DNA of 64,000 bases. It comes from an uncultured Candidatus Babeliaceae bacterium. GTDB taxonomy: Bacteria > Babelota > Babeliae > Babelales > Babelaceae. Position 1 is the stretch's first letter, and the number at the start of each line of letters is the position of its first letter. The stretch lies in assembly GCA_963704655.1 (NCBI GenBank), contig OY969927.1:704001-768000 (forward strand), written 5' to 3'. Positions 58,335-64,000 of the stretch are shown here, one piece after another. Below the pieces are notes generated by a model that had not been told where the DNA came from, did no database searches, and was given only the letters and a program-made list of their open reading frames with translations. The position numbers and the translations under genes are program-made.

Positions 58335-59045
58335 CTAAGTTCTTGCTCTTTTTGATGAGCTTTCTTCTACAGATTCTATTTTTCTTTTATTTTCAAGATT
58401 TGTTAACCCATCTTTTGCTTTTTGCAATAGAGTATCAACGTTAATACCAAAATCTTCTTCAATTGATTTTTTTTCATCTTCGTCAAATTTGTTTTCTTCA
58501 ATAGCATCGATAGTTTTTCGATAGAGTTCTTGAGCATTGGCATCGGATAAGCGTTCATATTTTTCTTGAAGATCAATAGCTTGCTTATAAGGCTGCAAAA
58601 AATAATCAACAGTCCCATCTTCATAATCAGATTCATAATTATCTATAAGCTCAAGCATTAAATGTGTCGGCTCGGGATATAATGTGAAAAAAGAATCATC
58701 AAAGCGTGGAGTGTCTTGCATCAACTCTGCATACAGCAAATCTGCAAGTCTCTTACGCGCCTTGAAAAGCGTTTCATCATCAACATTTTTTGGGGTTTTA
58801 CCGGCTCTTACAATTTTTGTATAAGCTTTTAATATATCAAGTAAAGCCGCATCACGCTCAGGACCAGGAGAAGAATACTCAGCCACATCATAGCTGTCTT
58901 CAACTTCATCATAACGTTGTTTATAAAATTCCTTAGGGTCAAAAATTTCTTGCTCTTCTTGCTCTTCTTGCTCTTGCAAAGCATTTAGCGCTGATGCTGC
59001 GCCTAAAAAGGCTATTGCTAAAAATAAAAAATTCTTTTTCATCAC
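58335..59045 (-). CDS. hypothetical acidic secreted protein
   Basis: Signal peptide, E/D-rich. Confidence 0.6.
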   Translation of the reverse strand: MMKKNFLFLAIAFLGAASALNALQEQEEQEEQEIFDPKEFYKQRYDEVEDSYDVAEYSSPGPERDAALLDILKAYTKIVRAGKTPKNVDDETLFKARKRLADLLYAELMQDTPRFDDSFFTLYPEPTHLMLELIDNYESDYEDGTVDYFLQPYKQAIDLQEKYERLSDANAQELYRKTIDAIEENKFDEDEKKSIEEDFGINVDTLLQKAKDGLTNLENKRKIESVEESSSKRART

Positions 59046-59297
59046 TTTTCCCCTATATTATTAACAGAATTTATATTTCTTAATACCAATATAGCATTAT
59101 TCGTATTGTAAAATAAATGGTTTTAATAAAAAAGCTAAACATTATTATGATATATATAAAAAAATATATCTTTAATGCCGATCTGAACAGCAAAAATATA
59201 AATCTTTTAGGCTTCTCTTGACTTTTAAATAATTTCAAATATATAATTATTATAAGTGCTGGATTATGAATTCAAAAAAGAAATTACAGGGATTATA

Positions 59298-60707
59298 ATG
59301 AAAAAGCCCGCTCTATTTTTAGCAGCGCTTACTGCCACATTCAATATTTTTGGTTATAGCATTATGCTGCCTGAAGGCATCTGTAATGCAACCGAAATTT
59401 CTGCAAAAATGGGCTGCGGCAAGAATAAACTCACCTTTGATTCAAAAAACCCTGTTTTTTTGATACTTATTCATGGAACTTTTTCTGAAGATGAAAAATT
59501 TTTAGATTCTATTGCGCTCAATAAAGACCTTATTCCTCAAGGTTTTTTTGAAAACAAAGAATACAATAACAGCTTACCTATTAAGCTTACCTATAGCTGG
59601 AGCGGAAAAAACTCTGACAGCGCTCGCATCAGCGCAGGAAAAACTTTAGCAAATAAGCTCGATTTTATTAATTTACAATGCAAACAAGAAAAAGTTGAAC
59701 CGAAAATTATCCTCATGGCACACAGTCATGGTGGAAACATATCGGCTGTTGCAAGTAACTTAGTAACCAAGCCTATAGATTGCGCAATTTTCTTAGCTGC
59801 ACCAGTATTACGTTACGATCAAAAAGTTAAATCTAACTCAGAAAACGACCTTTATCTGCCAAAAGCGATTAAAGAACTTTTTCTTTTTTATTCAATGCAA
59901 GATTTTGTTCAAACAGCCGGAGCTCTTACCAGCAATTTCAAAAGACGTTATGGCCCAATAACAGGGATTAATCTCTATAATGTGAGACTCTTACTTAATG
60001 GCCAAGAGCCATTGCACACGGAGCTTTATAACCAAATTATTGAAGATCATATATTAGATCTTTGCTCAGTAATCAAAAAAAATTATAAAAAAAATAAAAA
60101 TCTTATAGCAAACATCGCGCCAAAAAATCCAAACGCTGACAAACTTATAGCTATAAAGAAATATGACCCGACAACAACAAACCCATTTACCGGCAAATCT
60201 ACCGATGGCTTATGGGAAAATTGGGAAGAATTCACTTATGAAACGGGTGAACCTAATGAAGCTGAAATCAGCGATGCTGCACGCTTTACCTTTAACAACT
60301 TCTACCACACAGAATTTTTAGATACCACACCACTTTTAGATAGAACCTTGAAAACTATTCAAAAGGTTACCTGTATAGAAGTTATTGGACAAGCTGGGGC
60401 ATTACTTAAAAAGTTGCCCGCAAGTACCTTAAAAGGCGCTTCGCAAATGTGCTGCCAATTTGACGAATTCAAAAAAAAGCATCCGAATGCAACCCAGGCA
60501 TTAAGTTGTCCAGCAGAGCCAACATCAACAGCGCAAGCACCACTTTCATCTGAAGAAAATAGAGACCTTTGTCTTAATCTTTTTGGTCCACTTGGCAGAA
60601 CTCTTGGTGGTTTGCCCGAATCTGCAAAAAATGATCTTAAGACAAGATGCTGTTTGCCAGACTTTATGGCAAAGCACCCGAATGCATCGAAAACAATTGG
60701 TTGTTAA
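59298..60707 (+). CDS. secreted lipase-like alpha/beta-hydrolase with two Cys-rich C-terminal repeats
   Basis: LIHGTF, YSWSG, AHSHGG; C...G..G..L..LP.S........CC...F..KHPNA...C twice. Confidence 0.7.
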   Translation: MKKPALFLAALTATFNIFGYSIMLPEGICNATEISAKMGCGKNKLTFDSKNPVFLILIHGTFSEDEKFLDSIALNKDLIPQGFFENKEYNNSLPIKLTYSWSGKNSDSARISAGKTLANKLDFINLQCKQEKVEPKIILMAHSHGGNISAVASNLVTKPIDCAIFLAAPVLRYDQKVKSNSENDLYLPKAIKELFLFYSMQDFVQTAGALTSNFKRRYGPITGINLYNVRLLLNGQEPLHTELYNQIIEDHILDLCSVIKKNYKKNKNLIANIAPKNPNADKLIAIKKYDPTTTNPFTGKSTDGLWENWEEFTYETGEPNEAEISDAARFTFNNFYHTEFLDTTPLLDRTLKTIQKVTCIEVIGQAGALLKKLPASTLKGASQMCCQFDEFKKKHPNATQALSCPAEPTSTAQAPLSSEENRDLCLNLFGPLGRTLGGLPESAKNDLKTRCCLPDFMAKHPNASKTIGC

Positions 60708-60709
60708 TT

Positions 60710-63067
60710 TTACCACGTAAAGCGGGCTTCGACTTCACCACCAAAGTCACCACGCTCGTCGCGCATGCCACGAAGCGTTATTTCGTCAGTTGGCTTATAA
60801 GCAACTTCAATAAGTACGTCTTCACTTAAACTAAAGTTTTGTTGAATTAATGCACTTAAATTTTCATTTACTTCTATTGCAAGGGCTGCACGAAGACCGC
60901 CACGGCTTGTCTGGTCACTAAAACGGGGAACAATTTTTACATTTTGCAATGGCCCGAGCCAATTTTTAAATCCGTCAGATTCAGTGAACTCATCTGAAGA
61001 ACCAACGATGAGTTTTTCAACCATCCCCATAGAAGATAACGGCATCACCAACGATAGCGAACTATCTGGCGACCCACCAAATAAAAGGCCTATAATTTGT
61101 TCTTCTTGCAAATTCGGAGTTGACTGAAAGGAAATAACTGGGTTTTGAGCCGTGCCATCAACCGTTAATGTTATTGCATAATTTTTTATTACCGCAGTTG
61201 CACATAGCTCAATTGCCGGGTCGTCACGTTCATTATCAACAAAAAATATTTTTCCATATTGAATCTCAAGCGGCTTATAAGGAAAGTTTAATGTTCCTTG
61301 CAATAACTCAATGTGCCCATAGAGTTGCGGCTGCGCGATAGTACCAAGCACCTGCAATTTAACCTGTGCGCGCGCTTGTAAAAATGGAGTTTTTATTTCA
61401 ACGGGCTCATATGAATGTATCGTTACATCAAGGTCTGCTGTCTGCGCCAGTGGGTGACTTTCAAAAGGGTTAATGGTTGCAGCAACAATATCATTACCTA
61501 CGCCACCAGAAAATGGATTGTTTCGAATGTGACATTTTTTTATCGTACAAATACCTTGTACCTTTGATCTAGATTCTTTTTGGTATTCAAGAACACACGC
61601 ACCAGAAAGCTGTGCAAAAAAATCTTTTGCTCGGTTAATAAAAAAGTCCTGCATCATGATCGGCACATGCGCAGACTGCACGTTATTGTGCGCATCAAAA
61701 CCAAGCGTACTTATGCCACTTATTAATCTGCCACGGTCCGTCTGCAACGTCGTGTCACGTAACAAAAGATACGTTCTATCAGAAGCATATAATGCAGTAG
61801 TATGAAGCGAACGTAAAAAATTATAGGTGTAAGGAATCCGAACATGTAGCCCAGAAAGATCTAGTTCACTCTGCCAATATTTTGTAGTTCGCATGCCCTT
61901 TACAATAAAGGGTGCTTGGTACTGTAACAAATCACCATATGGAGATAGTAACTTGAGATACTCCTGTGGCACTATGTTCTTTTGCAAAAGGGAATAAAAA
62001 AAGTCTGTTGCGCCGCTTACTGTATAGCGACTATCATAATATATCTGTGCTTCTAGTTTATGCTTATTATCATCATGAATAGTTACCTTTACATGGTCAG
62101 GCTGTGAATCATAATCTAAATTAAATAATAACGATTGTAGCGTAATAGATGCTGTGCCCTGAAGATCTGTCGCTACTGATAGCGTGCCGGCAGAAGTTAT
62201 TGCATTAAACTGATACGCATTTTTTGGTGCGATAGTTTTTGAAAGGCTAAGTTCAGTTTTTTGATCATCGTCCTTAAATGAAACTGATACATTATTATCT
62301 TGCACATCAGCACAAATTTTACCCGGGCACCACGAATCTTCTAAAGGATTACGTAACATAATGGTGCCATGTATATCTGTAAACGCCTTTTTTGTGCCCA
62401 TATCAGTAACTCTTTTTATCAATAGCCTTAGGTCCCGAGCAAGAAATTGATTCTTATAAGCGATATGATCTTGGGTAATAGTAAGACCGATATGTTGGTG
62501 ATTATCAATAAGATCTATAGCGCCGCTTACATTACATTCAAGGGCCGTGTCCGCATTAACATGAAGCGTAATTTTAGCATGCGGTATATGCAACTTTTCA
62601 GGAATAATAGGTATCACCATAACCTTTTCACGAATAAATGCCTGAACATGATCCACAATGGCAACCTTACCATCAACAACCTGCGTATCGATTTGCATAT
62701 CACCACAGGTAATAGTAAGAACAACCAGCTTCTCTAAAAAGAGTTTTGCCCAATTAACCGTTACAGTTATACTATCGCTTGTCCAAAACCAATCACGCCC
62801 TTTTTCAGGAAGCACCGTTACGTCAGTTAAAAAGATACTACCATGGAGTATATCTAGACGATCGACTTGCGCATTAAAATCGCAGTCAAAAGCTTTACTT
62901 GTGCCTTGGCAAATAGCTGTTTCAAGATATTCGATTGTTACCGGGTCATGCATAACGATAAACAAAGATGCAAGCACTGTTAAACATATTGCACTTATAA
63001 AAGCAATCAAAAACTGCACAAAAAATATACTATATTGTACCAATAACTTTATTAATAACTTTGCCAT
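60710..63067 (-). CDS. tamB: TamB (translocation/assembly module) family protein
   Basis: N-terminal TM, beta-rich; C-terminal GT..QP.L.G, DP.I.L.A, V.GTAQNP...F.S.P.L....I..LL. Confidence 0.75.
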   Translation of the reverse strand: MAKLLIKLLVQYSIFFVQFLIAFISAICLTVLASLFIVMHDPVTIEYLETAICQGTSKAFDCDFNAQVDRLDILHGSIFLTDVTVLPEKGRDWFWTSDSITVTVNWAKLFLEKLVVLTITCGDMQIDTQVVDGKVAIVDHVQAFIREKVMVIPIIPEKLHIPHAKITLHVNADTALECNVSGAIDLIDNHQHIGLTITQDHIAYKNQFLARDLRLLIKRVTDMGTKKAFTDIHGTIMLRNPLEDSWCPGKICADVQDNNVSVSFKDDDQKTELSLSKTIAPKNAYQFNAITSAGTLSVATDLQGTASITLQSLLFNLDYDSQPDHVKVTIHDDNKHKLEAQIYYDSRYTVSGATDFFYSLLQKNIVPQEYLKLLSPYGDLLQYQAPFIVKGMRTTKYWQSELDLSGLHVRIPYTYNFLRSLHTTALYASDRTYLLLRDTTLQTDRGRLISGISTLGFDAHNNVQSAHVPIMMQDFFINRAKDFFAQLSGACVLEYQKESRSKVQGICTIKKCHIRNNPFSGGVGNDIVAATINPFESHPLAQTADLDVTIHSYEPVEIKTPFLQARAQVKLQVLGTIAQPQLYGHIELLQGTLNFPYKPLEIQYGKIFFVDNERDDPAIELCATAVIKNYAITLTVDGTAQNPVISFQSTPNLQEEQIIGLLFGGSPDSSLSLVMPLSSMGMVEKLIVGSSDEFTESDGFKNWLGPLQNVKIVPRFSDQTSRGGLRAALAIEVNENLSALIQQNFSLSEDVLIEVAYKPTDEITLRGMRDERGDFGGEVEARFTW

Positions 63068-63552
63068 ACACTATTACGATAACGGTAAACACGAATATAA
63101 GAAAATGCTGAAACGGGGGTAGTTAATGCGTACTGTTCATATCCGTCTGTTATATACAGTGTTCCAGACTGTAACGTGCCATCAGGATGCGCACCTATCT
63201 TTTTATCTACAAAAGTAACCATTTGTGTAACAAGCTTTTGTGGTGAAGATGGCGGCCCATATACATCAGGTAATACCCCAAATCTAAAACCATCTTGCAA
63301 AGCATAACGACTGCCGTCATATATTAATGCTGAATTTACTTCATCAATAGTAATTTTTTGCTCTTTTTTTAAGCACGTTGCACGTGTTGCCGCAGTACGC
63401 AGCAACAGGCTCAACACAGCAACATCAGTAGCAAAAGAAGTGCCCTTAACGACATTATAACTTATAAATCCGATTGTAGAACAAACAAGTATTAACGTTA
63501 TTACCAGCATCAACTCAAACAGCATGAACCCTTGTCTGGCCATTCGAGCCAT
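63052..63552 (-). CDS. minor pilin / pseudopilin (FimT/GspH-like)
   Basis: RQG|FMLFELMLVI class III signal; ATG overlaps the GIY-YIG stop (TAATG). Confidence 0.75.
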   Translation of the reverse strand: MARMARQGFMLFELMLVITLILVCSTIGFISYNVVKGTSFATDVAVLSLLLRTAATRATCLKKEQKITIDEVNSALIYDGSRYALQDGFRFGVLPDVYGPPSSPQKLVTQMVTFVDKKIGAHPDGTLQSGTLYITDGYEQYALTTPVSAFSYIRVYRYRNSVWQSY

Positions 63553-63905
63553 TATTCGATTCCCTCTTGCGAAACTATGAAATCTGCATCGCAGCCGCTC
63601 GTGGTGAGCGTAGTCGAATCCATGCGGCAAGATTCTTCATTTTTGAATCCACCCCAACCATTACGTATTAATATCTCTTTTTTCTGACGCGTCCAGCGCT
63701 TTATTTTATGCTCTGCCACAAATGCCTCATCGCGTGTTTGAAATAACTCAAAATATTTTAATGTAACGGGTAGTCTATTTAATGTGTAACCCTTATACTT
63801 GCCTTCATTATGTTCGCATACCCTTTGTTCTAAATTATCTGTATGCCCAATATAATAAGAACCATCAGCACATTGAACGATATAAAAATAAAAACCTTCA
63901 TTCAT
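63552..63905 (-). CDS. small GIY-YIG nuclease (UPF0213/YhbQ-like)
   Basis: FYFYIVQCADGSYYIGHTDNLEQRVCEHN...YT...P...EA..AE..IKRW.R.KK; C-terminal tail reads through a repeat. Confidence 0.9.
   Translation of the reverse strand: MNEGFYFYIVQCADGSYYIGHTDNLEQRVCEHNEGKYKGYTLNRLPVTLKYFELFQTRDEAFVAEHKIKRWTRQKKEILIRNGWGGFKNEESCRMDSTTLTTSGCDADFIVSQEGIE
63594..63628 (+). repeat. family A repeat, left arm of a perfect 35-bp inverted pair
   Basis: GCCGCTCGTGGTGAGCGTAGTCGAATCCATGCGGC. Confidence 0.92.
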
Positions 63906-63925
63906 GATTTACCAAATTTTTTTAG

Positions 63926-63960
63926 GCCGCATGGATTCGACTACGCTCACCACGAGCGGC
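63926..63960 (-). repeat. family A repeat, right arm of a perfect 35-bp inverted pair
   Basis: Plus strand GCCGCATGGATTCGACTACGCTCACCACGAGCGGC, exact reverse complement of 63594-63628. Confidence 0.92.
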
Positions 63961-64000
63961 CTGTTAAAGTGATTTTATTATAGATAAATTACAATTAATA

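Larger units (their letters stand above)
63594..63960 (-). mobile_element. candidate repeat-flanked GIY-YIG element (367 bp)
   Basis: Nuclease core enclosed by perfect inverted repeats; mobility is inferred, not shown. Confidence 0.4.

Noticed and set aside
58947-58977. 9-bp tandem repeat encoding QEQEEQEEQE
   Set aside because: Ordinary low-complexity acidic tract.
60726-60745. GCTTCGACTTCACC resembling family A
   Set aside because: Only a partial match, explained by the TamB C-terminal codons GGEVEAR; no paired stem.
4621-63960. Repeats as a CRISPR array
   Set aside because: Copies are dispersed, in both orientations, without regular spacers, and no cas genes are present.

Overview
AT-rich bacterial chromosome window. 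Gene content and style (core genes interleaved with many signal-peptide orphans, WD40 and J-domain proteins, a split ATP synthase operon) suggest a host-dependent bacterium, probably Candidatus Dependentiae/Babelota (TM6); this taxonomy is inference. Core genes include rpsU, rbfA, a folC-like gene, atpB/atpE, cysK, ldh, uppS, rnpB, PBP1A, murG, holB, tmk, rsmA, mreB, tRNA-Ser(CGA), glmU, sbcD, lspA, pheT, murB and tamB. The most striking signal is a set of REP-like structured palindromic repeats in four families (about 27 loci). They show compensatory stem changes, form doublets, nest inside one another at a fixed site, and sit in frame in murG, murB and pheT and inside RNase P RNA. A small GIY-YIG nuclease gene is bracketed by two perfect 35-bp inverted copies of the main repeat, making it a candidate non-RAYT mobiliser. 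Other highlights: a four-fold fused ATP synthase c subunit, seven signal-peptide-bearing GNAT acetyltransferases, and orphan genes bracketed by diverged duplicates of core-gene ends (cysK, uppS, GDPD/HAD).
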